NCBI GenBank assembly: GCA_965661285.1
Contig: CBFIDD010000005.1
Coordinates: forward strand, 75,094 to 139,093
Reading direction: 5' to 3'
Source of the DNA: Poseidonia sp.
GTDB taxonomy: Archaea > Thermoplasmatota > Poseidoniia > Poseidoniales > Poseidoniaceae
DNA: 64,000 bases
Part shown: piece by piece, positions 21,301-30,332 of the stretch
Numbering within the stretch: the first letter of the stretch is position 1
How the letters are laid out: each line of letters starts with the position of its first letter
Translations under genes and position numbers: made by a program
Notes under the pieces: generated by a model
Databases searched by the model: none
Told to the model about the DNA's origin: nothing
What the model saw: the letters and a program-made list of their open reading frames with translations, nothing else

Positions 21301-21744
21301 GTCGACACATCCACGCTTGAAGCGACACTCAACGAGGAGGTCATGATGAAACTCGTTGAAGAGGTGCTTTCGGAATACAACACGTGGCGACCCACCGCCG
21401 ATATGCTCGCCGACGTTCCCGAGGCTTCAGACGACCTCAATGCATTCTTGATTCGCCACAGCGATGTGTTTGAGGAACTCTCCGAACTCAAGGGTTACCG
21501 GGGCATCACCTACCGAACCGAACTTGAGGGAAGAGCGATTTATCCGGAATCTACTGACCTTGATGTCTACCGTTTGGCCACCCATCTTGCGTCTTTGCCG
21601 CTGCCCAACATTGGGGCGGTTTTGGTCGCCACCATGGACGGTGATTTCACCTTGGTTGACCGAGCCATCGAAGAGCGATTTGGGTTCAGTGTTGCCAAAA
21701 ATAACCGCTCGCTCAAGCCGTGGTTGAAGCGTCAGACAGCCTGA
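18364..21744 (+). CDS. Large alpha-helical (TPR-like) protein with C-terminal PIN domain
   Basis: C-terminal VIVDTNVLVDA...PEDVRGEL...TDLDVYRLA...LVATMDGDF gives the PIN acidic residue set; start uncertain (18286-18364). Confidence 0.75.
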   Translation: MNRESAWKMLDKPLRAHLVIAAHEQEPPASDDDDDATPRRPAMNRPRGRMRRSGRQTGPSHMGWLHKPQEVIDESPYTTAYQLATLLVHKQLDEDGWDEAWNAHENLLRETCMVEGVHPVWHTIGEKTPLLGQFLAFPKAKAVKAKATTTMGTDFFWIDPRDKDAVVTVLKLAGAGVNDPDIKVALQKATNQISGGRSLTLEHPLDALDGSMSFITVLLALHASQEVPASARKSCKKADGDLAEALEEFEHLLNGTVNDWPGLLSLNRDDTLSVARRTLGWQHAPSEAEACTSTELETGLDLLEQAGIHEGRDRLTWWRLKALLREGKQEEAVDVLEQRRLDASSAVEELIPLVASLASERADAWLMRFMDDVDEHALFHIAQDTALNPLLRRKAAQRLCDEQGAMWDECRPVALTLLLEDLDVNRLARVFASDAMLSLSYPYMSLLVSHLAPANIDAELRPHIHACRSQALQAIHGADVPDVLSPLAEHLLFLMEGIYKETPEVVDVLNAKAIKAFSPISRALADNGVVNATQIRNMEASLDELDLSAIERRLFDVMLVTLTMNRHLQAYNIGMAKTEDAKELNDLLENETLPLRLIQSFSVLMVEHDLGLENLVVWYQKNDPLSPWAPLARAAHFAALGDELNSAREYSRAAELFTKERKSGGTSTQWASESEDDDFVLSLPLMLYRKSLIHYAHATSWAEAIDLLERVPSLKTAITERFKLYLRVCFTAKTDTNAAARLIRNHVQQRKTVLEEDVEGNMVEKTRTSYNEEELDLLRNYPFEQAHLLPPEPFLGRVTAASTHISRDLRRSRTQFEHLFRQAMQSPSPSMEEVYEIAKNAAEEGAFEGLMYLERAQNSSKFSITARNRLAGVEQSLFSQYKDDIPTSKRRFLHNLSLSPLVIVDTNVLVDALVERMYQRMDLVLDTNVNIIASNQFHRILLHHAKSKRLELMIPEDVRGELKQFAKDQRLVSRFKGAMVDTSTLEATLNEEVMMKLVEEVLSEYNTWRPTADMLADVPEASDDLNAFLIRHSDVFEELSELKGYRGITYRTELEGRAIYPESTDLDVYRLATHLASLPLPNIGAVLVATMDGDFTLVDRAIEERFGFSVAKNNRSLKPWLKRQTA

Positions 21745-21769
21745 GCCTCTTCGTTGAGTGTCAACCGAC

Positions 21770-22996
21770 TCACATGTGTTGGATCATGGCCTCGCCGAAA
21801 GCACTGCAGGAAAGCAGCGTGGCATCGTCCATCAACCGCTCAAAGTCATAGGTCACCGTCTTGTTCGAGATGGCGCCTTCCATGCCTTTGACGATGAGGT
21901 CGGCGGCGTCCTTCCAGCCCATATGGCGGAGCATCATCTCAGCGGAGAGAATGAGCGACCCGGGATTGACCTTGTCCTGGCCGGCGTATTTGGGTGCGGT
22001 GCCGTGGGTGGCTTCGAAGATGGAGATGCCGGTGTCGTAGTTGATGTTGGCGCCAGGTGCGATGCCGATACCACCGACCTGCGCTGCAAGAGCGTCAGAG
22101 ATGTAGTCGCCGTTGAGGTTCATGGTGGTCAGCACGCTGTATTCAGCAGGTCGGGTGATGATCTGCTGGAGCATGGCGTCAGCAATGACATCCTTGATGA
22201 CGATCTCGTTTCCGGTGTTCGGGTTGGTGAGCGTGCACCAGGGGCCGCCGTCAAGTTCCTTCGCACCGAATTCTTCCTGAGCGAGGGTGTAGCCCCAGTC
22301 TCGGAATCCGCCTTCGGTGAATTTCATGATGTTCCCTTTGTGGACCAGCGTGACGCTTGGTTGGTCGTTGTCGATGGCGTATTGGATGGCCGCACGGACG
22401 ATACGGGCCGTGCCTTCCTTGGAGACCGGCTTGATACCGATACCGGAGGTGTTGGGGAATCGGATTTTGTCGACGCCCATCACGTTTTGAAGGAAATCGA
22501 TGACCTGTTTGGCGCCGTCGCTTTCAGCTTCCCACTCAATGCCAGCGTAGACGTCTTCGCTGTTTTCTCGAAAGATGACCATGTCCACATCTTGGGGTGC
22601 TCGGACCGGGGAAGGTGTGCCGTCGTACCAGCGGACCGGTCGGACGCACGCATAGAGGTCGAGTTTCTGTCGAAGCGCGACGTTGAGGGAGCGGATGCCG
22701 CCACCGACGGGCGTGGTGAGGGGGCCTTTGATGGAGACCAAACCGGTCTTCATCGCATCAAGTGTGGCTTGAGGCAGCCATTCTCCGGTGGCGTTGAAGG
22801 CCTTCTCGCCGGCGAGCACTTCTGACCAAACGATGGTTTTCTCGCCGCCGTAGGCTTTCTCCACGGCTGCGTCGACCACACGAATCATCACCGGGGTGAT
22901 GTCGACGCCGATACCGTCGCCCTCGATGTAGTGAATCACAGGGTCGTTGGGGACCTTGAGTTGGCCGTTGTCCATGGTTACCGGTGTACCTGTCAT
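21770..22996 (-). CDS. icd: NADP-dependent isocitrate dehydrogenase
   Basis: [63 protein letters not shown]. Confidence 0.97.
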   Translation of the reverse strand: MTGTPVTMDNGQLKVPNDPVIHYIEGDGIGVDITPVMIRVVDAAVEKAYGGEKTIVWSEVLAGEKAFNATGEWLPQATLDAMKTGLVSIKGPLTTPVGGGIRSLNVALRQKLDLYACVRPVRWYDGTPSPVRAPQDVDMVIFRENSEDVYAGIEWEAESDGAKQVIDFLQNVMGVDKIRFPNTSGIGIKPVSKEGTARIVRAAIQYAIDNDQPSVTLVHKGNIMKFTEGGFRDWGYTLAQEEFGAKELDGGPWCTLTNPNTGNEIVIKDVIADAMLQQIITRPAEYSVLTTMNLNGDYISDALAAQVGGIGIAPGANINYDTGISIFEATHGTAPKYAGQDKVNPGSLILSAEMMLRHMGWKDAADLIVKGMEGAISNKTVTYDFERLMDDATLLSCSAFGEAMIQHM

Positions 22997-23054
22997 GTCT
23001 CTCAGCATCGCCCACATACCTCTCCTTCAAGAATGAACCGCCCCTGCCATGTGC

Positions 23055-23450
23055 ATGCAGGGACGCGTGGAATGGCGAGGTGGCTCATCGGCCGTTGGTT
23101 ATACTTCATCAGGCCAGGAAGTTGCATACGATTGGAACGACGGGCCATCGCCCATGCAAGTGGCGTTGCAAACGGTGGGCTTGTGCACGCTTGTCGATGT
23201 CGTCATCGGCATGAAGGACCGTGCGTTCAGCAAGGCATGGGTCGAACTCGATTCCACTCGGGCCTCCGAGCCGCCCCGGCGTTTTCTTTCCATCAGCATG
23301 GTGTTTCATATCGTCGGTGATGTGCCTGTCAAACTGGTTGAGCGAATCGTTGACAAGACGCTTGAGAAATATTGCAGCGTCGCAAGCTCCCTGAACCCCG
23401 ATATTCCAATCGACTTCAAGGTCGTCGTCCACGAAGACTCAGAGGCTTGA
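23055..23450 (+). CDS. OsmC family protein
   Basis: GPSPMQ...GLCT...EKYCSVASSL two-Cys OsmC pattern. Confidence 0.85.
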   Translation: MQGRVEWRGGSSAVGYTSSGQEVAYDWNDGPSPMQVALQTVGLCTLVDVVIGMKDRAFSKAWVELDSTRASEPPRRFLSISMVFHIVGDVPVKLVERIVDKTLEKYCSVASSLNPDIPIDFKVVVHEDSEA

Positions 23451-23945
23451 GGGCCGACCCTGTTGGGCAAGCGCATCGGTCAGTGCTTTGCAAAGGGAGT
23501 CGTACACAGGCTTCCAGCGAGCATGCAGGCCTTTGGGAGCGGCCATGGGTTTCCATGCGTCTTCGACAGCCAACACGGTGGCGAAGGGCTTGATGTGTTC
23601 ACCGCCCATGTCGACGATGAGTGAGAGATGGTAGGCCTCTCGGTCTCGCTCGACCTTGAGGCTGGCCATGTCCACTTGTCCGCCAGAGAGCGAGGCGACG
23701 AGGCGTTCGTGGTCCAGCAAATCACGAGCCAACGTTGCGAGGAGTGATTCAACGCTCTCGGCGGAGACGCTTGGGCTCGCCATCAACTCGGCCACCGGCT
23801 CTTCGTCGTCCTCCATAAAGGCGGCCAGCGGGTCGTAGGCTTGGACAGCAGGCTGCTCGTTTGAAACAGGCGTGTTGAGGCCGAGGGCTTCGTAAATGTC
23901 GATGTCTTCATTATCGGTCTCGGGAACACCGAACTCCTCAATCAT
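23439..23945 (-). CDS. Hypothetical acidic protein
   Basis: Coding-like 3' part of ORF 23439-24092; start placed at MIEEF, with TTAAG 30 nt upstream. Confidence 0.6.
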   Translation of the reverse strand: MIEEFGVPETDNEDIDIYEALGLNTPVSNEQPAVQAYDPLAAFMEDDEEPVAELMASPSVSAESVESLLATLARDLLDHERLVASLSGGQVDMASLKVERDREAYHLSLIVDMGGEHIKPFATVLAVEDAWKPMAAPKGLHARWKPVYDSLCKALTDALAQQGRPSSL

Positions 23946-24057
23946 AGTATTATATTCGCGCCTCTTCATACTTAATGCATGGTTTCTTTTGTCCCTTGTT
24001 GCATCACGGATTGAGATAAAAAGCAAGCCTCTTACCACCCCCCTTGCTGGAGACGGC

Positions 24058-24669
24058 ATGGTCCGCCCCCGCACCTTGTTCTTGGCGACCATGTTCCTGT
24101 TGCTGTGGGGGAATCAACTGGCGGTCGCCTCGCCGTACGGATTGGGGGACGAAGCCAATGAAGGATGCCTCTGTCACACGCCCGAGGCCGAAACGAAGGT
24201 GCAGCTTACCGGGCTTCCCGATGCGTTTGAATCCAACATCACCTACACGCTAACCCTTGAAGTCATCAGCCCGATTGAAGCCGTCGATAACCGCTCACAG
24301 GGCGGTTTCCGGATGTTGATTTCAGACGGAGAACTGGCCTACGACAACACGAGCGTGCAGGAGCGTGACAACGGATGGACGCAGACCTCAAACGGTTCGT
24401 ATCATCGAGCATGGACCTTTGCATGGACGGCCCCACCCGCTAACGACACCGCCACGACCTTTACCGTTCACGGCAATGCTGTCAACGGAAACAACGCACA
24501 AACAGGTGATGCGTGGTCAACGCTGGAGACCGTTGTTCCCGGTGTTATGTACGAAGGGGACCTTTCGCCCGAGGAGGGCATTGACGGTGTCAGTCAAACC
24601 GACCGGATGCTGCTTGCCGTTGGCCTCCTGCTCATCCTCGCACTGCTTTGGTCGGTTGCCCGGCCGTGA
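24058..24669 (+). CDS. Secreted Reeler/choice-of-anchor-V-like domain protein with C-terminal TM anchor
   Basis: Signal peptide, GCLCH, QGGF, WTFAWTAP, GNAVNGNNAQTGDAW, terminal hydrophobic helix. Confidence 0.75.
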   Translation: MVRPRTLFLATMFLLLWGNQLAVASPYGLGDEANEGCLCHTPEAETKVQLTGLPDAFESNITYTLTLEVISPIEAVDNRSQGGFRMLISDGELAYDNTSVQERDNGWTQTSNGSYHRAWTFAWTAPPANDTATTFTVHGNAVNGNNAQTGDAWSTLETVVPGVMYEGDLSPEEGIDGVSQTDRMLLAVGLLLILALLWSVARP

Positions 24670-25824
24670 TCAGTTGACGAACTCGATTTGCCGATTGCGC
24701 AACGCTCGAAGTTGACGGTTTTCGGTCGAGCCGTGAATTTGGTCGCTTTTCACGCCGGTGAGAACCAACATCACGCGCAACTCGTCATCGCCAAGTTCTT
24801 CGCGTACAGCAGCTCCCCAGATGATTTTAGCATTCGGTGAAATCTGTTCCTTGATGAGTTGGGAGCAACGCTCTGCTTCGCCCAACGTCAGCGTGGTTCC
24901 AGCGACGACGTTGATGAGGGCGCCACGAGCGTCGCTCATGTCCAAATCAAGCAAGGGCGAATGCAACGCTTCCATCGTCGCAGCGTCGGCACGTCCCGGC
25001 CCTTTGGCGCTGCCAAGACCGATCATCGCGACGCCAGCGCCCGAATTGACAATGGATTTCAGATCTTCAAAGTCAAGATTCACCATGCCGTCGGTGGTGA
25101 GCAGTTCGGTCACGCCGGTGATGGAACGGACCAACAATTCGTCCCCAACCCGGAAGGCACTTGCGATCGGGAGGTCTTTGACACCCTCGATTTCCAACAA
25201 GCGCTCGTTGGGAATGACCAAAATGGTGTCGCAGTGTTCTCGCAAGCGCTCAAGACCCCACTCAGCGTTTTGCTTACGAAGGGATCCCTCGGATTTGAAC
25301 GGGTAGGTTACCACGGCGATGGTCATGGCGCCCTGCGCTTTGGCGAGACGTGCGATATGTCCAGCAGCACCGGTCCCGGAACCGCCTCCCATGCCCGCCG
25401 TGATGATGGCGAGTTGGGTGTCGTTCGTGATGCGACGTAGCACACGTTCAGACTCCAACGCTGCTGCCTCGCCCTTGGTCGGGTCGCCTCCGGCCCCTCG
25501 GCCTCGGGCCGTCCGGCCAATCAGGATTTTTTCCTGAATGGGTGATTGGAGGAGGGCCTGTGCATCGGTGTTGATGGCGTACCCTGTCACGTAGGAGGAT
25601 TCGAACAACTTTTCATCGAACAATCGGTTGATAGCGTTGCATCCAGCACCCCCAACACCGTAGACACGGATGCGAGGCTGGAGCGATTCAAGCAGCGCCT
25701 TCAGCTCTTCTTCGGTGCCTTGGTCGGGCACCTCAGCATGTTGGACCACGCGTTGTTCCTCTTCGGAGAGTTCCAGTACACGTTCGATCAAATGGCGCAT
25801 GACCACATTTTCCGTTGTGGACAT
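24670..25824 (-). CDS. ftsZ: Cell division protein FtsZ
   Basis: GVGGAGCNAINR, NTDAQAL, GAGGDP, AGMGGGSGTGAA tubulin signature, VNLDFED. Confidence 0.96.
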   Translation of the reverse strand: MSTTENVVMRHLIERVLELSEEEQRVVQHAEVPDQGTEEELKALLESLQPRIRVYGVGGAGCNAINRLFDEKLFESSYVTGYAINTDAQALLQSPIQEKILIGRTARGRGAGGDPTKGEAAALESERVLRRITNDTQLAIITAGMGGGSGTGAAGHIARLAKAQGAMTIAVVTYPFKSEGSLRKQNAEWGLERLREHCDTILVIPNERLLEIEGVKDLPIASAFRVGDELLVRSITGVTELLTTDGMVNLDFEDLKSIVNSGAGVAMIGLGSAKGPGRADAATMEALHSPLLDLDMSDARGALINVVAGTTLTLGEAERCSQLIKEQISPNAKIIWGAAVREELGDDELRVMLVLTGVKSDQIHGSTENRQLRALRNRQIEFVN

Positions 25825-25889
25825 CTTCAATGTGCCGCCACTGGAAGGGCGCGGGAGACGGGTTTGAGAGGCCGTTTCTCGAAGCCGGT

Positions 25890-26939
25890 TCAGTCGCGCA
25901 GTCCTTCTTCGGTGACCTGATAGACACACTCACCGTCGGGGAGGTTCGGTGAGTCGACCAAACGAGCGATGCGTCGTCCGCCCTTCGCCTTGCGTAAGTA
26001 GAGTCGGAAGGTGCTGGCGTGCGCCAGAATGTGACCGCCAATGGGCTTCGTGGGGTCGCCCCACATGGCGTCGGGCTTGGAGTGAACTTGGTTGGTCACC
26101 AGCACGAGCGCGTTGTTCACATCGGCGAGCTTCTTGAGGTCCTTCAGGTGGCTGTTGAGCTTTTGTTGTCGGCGAGCCAGCATGCCTCGTCCAATGAACT
26201 CAGCACGGAAGTGGCTGGTCAACGAGTCGACGATGATCATTTTCACGTTGAGTCCCTTGCTCATTCGCTTGATTTCGTCAGCCAGAAGCATTTGGTGAGC
26301 GGAGTTGTAGGCTCGGGCGACATGGATACGGGACAGCACGTAGTCGGGGTCCAGTCCATGCCCTCGGGCCATCTGAGTGATGCGCTCGGGTCGGAAGGTG
26401 TCCTCGGTGTCGATGTAGAACACATCACCGTCGAGACCGCCCTGGTCCTCCGGGAGCGTGCAGTTCACGGCGAGTTGGTGCCCAATCTGGGTCTTACCGC
26501 TACCGAATTCACCGTAGACTTCCACGAGTGCTTGGGTTTCGAATCCACCGCCGAGCAGGTCGTCAATGGATTGAACCTTGGAGGAGAGCTTCTGGACTTC
26601 ACGGCGTCGCTCGAGGAGTGCATCACCTGAAACGAAGCCGCCGATGTTGGCCATCTTCTTTGCAGCGGCGATGATCTTGGCCGAGACGGCCTCACCGAGT
26701 TCGGCTTCTTCTGCGAGGTCGGCAGGCGACATCACGGCGAGTCCCAAGAGTTCCTCAAATCCGGCTTCGCGTAGTTTTTCTGCTGTTGCAGGCCCTACAC
26801 CTGGCAGGTCTTCGATGGTCACCTTGACCTCTTCTTCTTCAGCCATTGGTGCGACCTTCTCGTCCACCGGTGCTTCATTCTTTTCAACTTCAATGCTGAC
26901 TTTTTTCTTCGATTTTGTTGGCATGTTCCATCCCTTCAT
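25890..26939 (-). CDS. radA: DNA repair and recombination protein RadA
   Basis: [14 protein letters not shown] Hh[10 protein letters not shown] Walker [33 protein letters not shown]; start 26939 or 26924. Confidence 0.97.
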   Translation of the reverse strand: MKGWNMPTKSKKKVSIEVEKNEAPVDEKVAPMAEEEEVKVTIEDLPGVGPATAEKLREAGFEELLGLAVMSPADLAEEAELGEAVSAKIIAAAKKMANIGGFVSGDALLERRREVQKLSSKVQSIDDLLGGGFETQALVEVYGEFGSGKTQIGHQLAVNCTLPEDQGGLDGDVFYIDTEDTFRPERITQMARGHGLDPDYVLSRIHVARAYNSAHQMLLADEIKRMSKGLNVKMIIVDSLTSHFRAEFIGRGMLARRQQKLNSHLKDLKKLADVNNALVLVTNQVHSKPDAMWGDPTKPIGGHILAHASTFRLYLRKAKGGRRIARLVDSPNLPDGECVYQVTEEGLRD

Positions 26940-27050
26940 TTTGGCGGTGGCGTGCTTCACTATATGAAGGAGCGAAGGAGGGTGGCCGAACTCGAACGGG
27001 TTGACGACGGAAGATTTGCGATAATATCGTGCGCTCAGTGCATCGTTTTC

Positions 27051-27088
27051 TTCACTTTTAGTTTTGATTTCGTCAAACTGAAAGTGAA
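27051..27088. promoter_or_regulatory. Imperfect inverted repeat upstream of radA (terminator hairpin or operator)
   Basis: TTCACTTTTAGTTTTGA-TTTCG-TCAAACTGAAAGTGAA; directly follows the stop of the upstream lipoprotein gene. Confidence 0.55.
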
Positions 27089-27910
27089 TCATGAGCGCCG
27101 AACGGTCGCCTCTGTTTCCAAGGGGTTCGGCGATGATTCAACCGCCTCATAGGCGATGGTGACGATGTGATGAATATCGATGGAATCGTTTCCTGCGTCA
27201 ATGGAGACATTGAGTGCCCAATCTCCGCCATCAACATTGTATTGGCTGTGCGTCCAAGATGCTTCCTGCCCGTCGCCAATCTGTTCGGTATGGAAGGCCT
27301 GCTCTTCACCCTCCGGGTCAACGAGGTGCCAGGTCACCGTGATTTGGGTTCCGGGAAGGATATCGTTTCGGTTGGTGATGGTGGATTGCACGGCAAGATG
27401 TTCAGGGGTTGGGCACTGGCAGTCAGGGGTGGTGGCGAGCACCATGGAATCGGGGTCGTCGGTGTTGGTTTGAGTCCAATCGATTTCCTTATCGATGCGC
27501 AATACGAGTTCCATTGAGGCTTCGTTGTCGCTTTCATCGGTTGCCGAAAGGACGGCGGTGAACAACCCGTGGGTTTGGTAGGTGTAGGTAATGGTGGCTT
27601 GTTCATTGGCATTCACCGTAATGGCGTTGACCCCGTCGTCGTCGTCGCCAGGGTCAAACGAGAACGTCTTCATCATCCCGGCTTTTGAGGACACCCTTGC
27701 GAAATCAAACGACAATTCAACGCCCGTCGTTGAGATGACCGCTCCATTTTGCACCAGTTCTGCGATGGTGCCCGAAGTGGTGTCGTAGTGGACGTTCATT
27801 GAAATCGGGTTGTTGTCCCCATCCCCGTCGCCGTTGGAGAGACACCCCGTCAGCGTTGCAGCGAGCATGACGGCGAGCACGGCCATCGTCTTGACGCAGT
27901 CGCCTCGCAT
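27089..27910 (-). CDS. Lipoprotein with PKD-like domain
   Basis: Lipobox TLTGC; FSFDPGD...[21 protein letters not shown]-like pattern. Confidence 0.75.
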   Translation of the reverse strand: MRGDCVKTMAVLAVMLAATLTGCLSNGDGDGDNNPISMNVHYDTTSGTIAELVQNGAVISTTGVELSFDFARVSSKAGMMKTFSFDPGDDDDGVNAITVNANEQATITYTYQTHGLFTAVLSATDESDNEASMELVLRIDKEIDWTQTNTDDPDSMVLATTPDCQCPTPEHLAVQSTITNRNDILPGTQITVTWHLVDPEGEEQAFHTEQIGDGQEASWTHSQYNVDGGDWALNVSIDAGNDSIDIHHIVTIAYEAVESSPNPLETEATVRRS

Positions 27911-28004
27911 GAATAGGGTAGGTCGTACCACCTCATCAAATCACCCGTTTTCATGATGGGGTCGAGACGGTGGTTTGAAAGCGGTGAACCTTGGCGGACG
28001 GAGT

Positions 28005-28082
28005 AGCGAGGTGGGGTAGTCTGGATATCCCGTCGGGCTCATAACCCGGAGATCGATGGTTCAAATCCATCCCTCGCTACCA
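28005..28082 (+). tRNA. tRNA-Met (CAT), initiator
   Basis: AGCGAGG/CCTCGCT acceptor stem with A1-U72, GGG/CCC anticodon stem around CTCATAA, TTCAAAT T-loop, encoded CCA. Confidence 0.96.
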
Positions 28083-28832
28083 TCAACCGTACTGGTAGTA
28101 ATCGTGCTTTGGCTGCAAACTGTCCAACGCTGTTTGAAGCCGAGCGTTTGCCGCTTGTTCTCCCGCGATGATGGCCGCCTGTTGCCCCTCAAGCCGCGTG
28201 CGCTCCGCTTGAAACCGCTCGGCATGTTTGGGCACCGAGGTTGCGGCATGGTGCAGGGTGGTCAACACGTCGTGGAGCGCCACCGCAGGCGAACCTTTCG
28301 GTTCGAGTTGAAACACACCGTTGGCCTGAATGACGTCGCCTGCCGAAGCGATGGCCCCCAGAAAGCGTTCAGCATGCTGTGGGTTCGGTATCGCGTTCAA
28401 CGCTGCTTGAGCTGCTGCCAAATGACCTGGCATCAACTTCTCACACACACTGAAGGCTTTGGCCGCCTTGCGAGACTTTCCCGCCGCAGCCCAAAGAAGG
28501 CCTGCACGGAGGTGGTCTTCGTGTTCGGGTTGCATTGAGGCGAGCATCTGGGGCGCATGTTTCCGCAGCACCTTGACCAGCGCCTTGCGTTCGCCGTGCA
28601 TGCGTTTGATCGTGGCCATGCTCTGGTCGGCTTTGCCTCGCAACAGGTAGATGTCGCACATCAAGCGAAGCCCTTTGAGCAGGAAGATTTGGTCTTGAGG
28701 CTCCCGCTTTTTCTTGGCGAGCATCATGTCGCAAAACTGGGTTGCCATCACTTCGGAGAGTTCCAACCGTCCCTCCTGAACATATCGTTCAATTTGATGC
28801 AAGGTCTGTGAGGGGTCTTGCATCCCGAACAT
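28083..28832 (-). CDS. Hypothetical helical (TPR-like) protein
   Basis: Coding-like from MFGMQDPSQ; the upstream part of the track ORF is antisense to the kinase gene. Confidence 0.7.
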   Translation of the reverse strand: MFGMQDPSQTLHQIERYVQEGRLELSEVMATQFCDMMLAKKKREPQDQIFLLKGLRLMCDIYLLRGKADQSMATIKRMHGERKALVKVLRKHAPQMLASMQPEHEDHLRAGLLWAAAGKSRKAAKAFSVCEKLMPGHLAAAQAALNAIPNPQHAERFLGAIASAGDVIQANGVFQLEPKGSPAVALHDVLTTLHHAATSVPKHAERFQAERTRLEGQQAAIIAGEQAANARLQTALDSLQPKHDYYQYG

Positions 28833-28934
28833 GCTACCAATCCACCTGAGGGCCTCCGAGGCTATGGAGCCTTTGCTGCCGTGGTTCGCATTCTGCCTTC
28901 TGCGTTTATCAACCACCGCCAGCGAGAATGCCGT

Positions 28935-29483
28935 ATGGACCCCTGCGTTTTGGCCGTCTCCGGTACGCCGGGCGTGGGCAAGACCCACCTCTGCACCACG
29001 CTCGAATCCCGAGGTTGGGCGGTCCTCTCGCTGGGTGACGTGGCCGAAGAACACGGCTGCTTGGGCGAGGTTGATACCACCGACGGCGCCGCTCCTATCG
29101 ACATTCACCGTCTTGCTGAGGCATGGAAACCCCCGACATCGGGTTGCTGGTTGGTCGATGGGCATCTGGCCCATCTGCTGGAGGTCGATGGATTGGTTCT
29201 TCTACGCTGCCGACCTTCATCGCTCGCGCAGCGGCTTGAAACTCGAGGGTACAATGCAGACAAAGTTCGTGCCAATGTCGAATGGGAAATGACGGCAGGC
29301 CACTGGGCGGAACTGCTGGAATTTGAGGTCGACCTTCCGCTCTTGGAATTGGATGCTGGACAGCATGCGTCCTCTGAACTCGCCGACGAGGTCGAGGCGT
29401 GGTACCGCAAAGGATTGCCGAGCGAGCCGCTGTCGGCCATGGCTGACGGGGCGTTGGATTGGCTGAGCGAATCCATGGGTTGA
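28935..29483 (+). CDS. Archaeal adenylate kinase (AK6/Fap7 type)
   Basis: SGTPGVGKT Walker A, VDGHLAH, LRC, RLETRGYNADKVRANVE. Confidence 0.9.
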   Translation: MDPCVLAVSGTPGVGKTHLCTTLESRGWAVLSLGDVAEEHGCLGEVDTTDGAAPIDIHRLAEAWKPPTSGCWLVDGHLAHLLEVDGLVLLRCRPSSLAQRLETRGYNADKVRANVEWEMTAGHWAELLEFEVDLPLLELDAGQHASSELADEVEAWYRKGLPSEPLSAMADGALDWLSESMG

Positions 29484-29532
29484 CCCGCTCGGCTTCCATA
29501 AACCATAACACCCCCTTGGAGGTGGTGCTTCC

Positions 29533-30243
29533 ATGGCCCTTGAGAAAATGCGTCGTCGTTGGGAAGCGTGGCTCCAGCCTTTGTTGACGACCTTCTACAA
29601 AATGTCGCCCAACACCGTGACATGGCTGGCCCTTCCCTTCGGTGTCGTCGGCGGTTTGTTGGCGATGTACGCCCCCGACGACTCGACCGGCGGGGGATGG
29701 TTGCTCAGTGCTGCACTCATGATTGGGCTTGCGATGATCATCGACGGCCTTGACGGGTCTTTGGCCCGAGCCAAAGGTGAAGTCACCCGGTGGGGCGACT
29801 ACCTCGACCACACGATTGACCGCATCTTGGACGGCACGTGGGTGGTCTGCATCAGCGCCTCGGTGTTTGTTGGCGATACGACCCTCGGGTTTGCCGCCGC
29901 CTTCCTGACCTTGTTGGGCTCCTACATGGGCACACAGGCCCAAGCCGTTGCCGGTTCGAGGAACTACCGTGGATTTTCAAGAGCGGACCGGACGGTCTTG
30001 ACACTTCTCTCACTGGTCGTGATGGGCGTGATGGTGCTGGCGGGTTGGAGCATTGACGCCATGTACCCCGGCATGTTTGACCACATCGAGGTCAATCCGT
30101 TGAGCCTCATCGTGTTCATTTCCGGTATCGGCGGCTTGTGGACCTTCACCGTACGCTTTGTTCAAGCCAAAGGGGAAATTCAGGCGCTTGATGCGGCCGA
30201 CCCGTTGCCCCAACCCGGCATTGAAAACGAGTCGGATTCGTGA
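29533..30243 (+). CDS. CDP-alcohol phosphatidyltransferase (archaetidylinositol-phosphate synthase-like)
   Basis: SPNTVT; DGLDGSLARAKGEVTRWGDYLDHTIDR signature. Confidence 0.92.
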   Translation: MALEKMRRRWEAWLQPLLTTFYKMSPNTVTWLALPFGVVGGLLAMYAPDDSTGGGWLLSAALMIGLAMIIDGLDGSLARAKGEVTRWGDYLDHTIDRILDGTWVVCISASVFVGDTTLGFAAAFLTLLGSYMGTQAQAVAGSRNYRGFSRADRTVLTLLSLVVMGVMVLAGWSIDAMYPGMFDHIEVNPLSLIVFISGIGGLWTFTVRFVQAKGEIQALDAADPLPQPGIENESDS

Positions 30244-30332
30244 AGGATTGGCAGGCTCAAAACGGTCCCTTGATGGGCTGATTTGTCCTTTTTGAAGCGA
30301 CATAGTGATAACGGACCAAGGCGACATGGTAG

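Noticed and set aside
25890-26939. Intein in RadA
   Set aside because: Normal length and contiguous motifs around Walker A.
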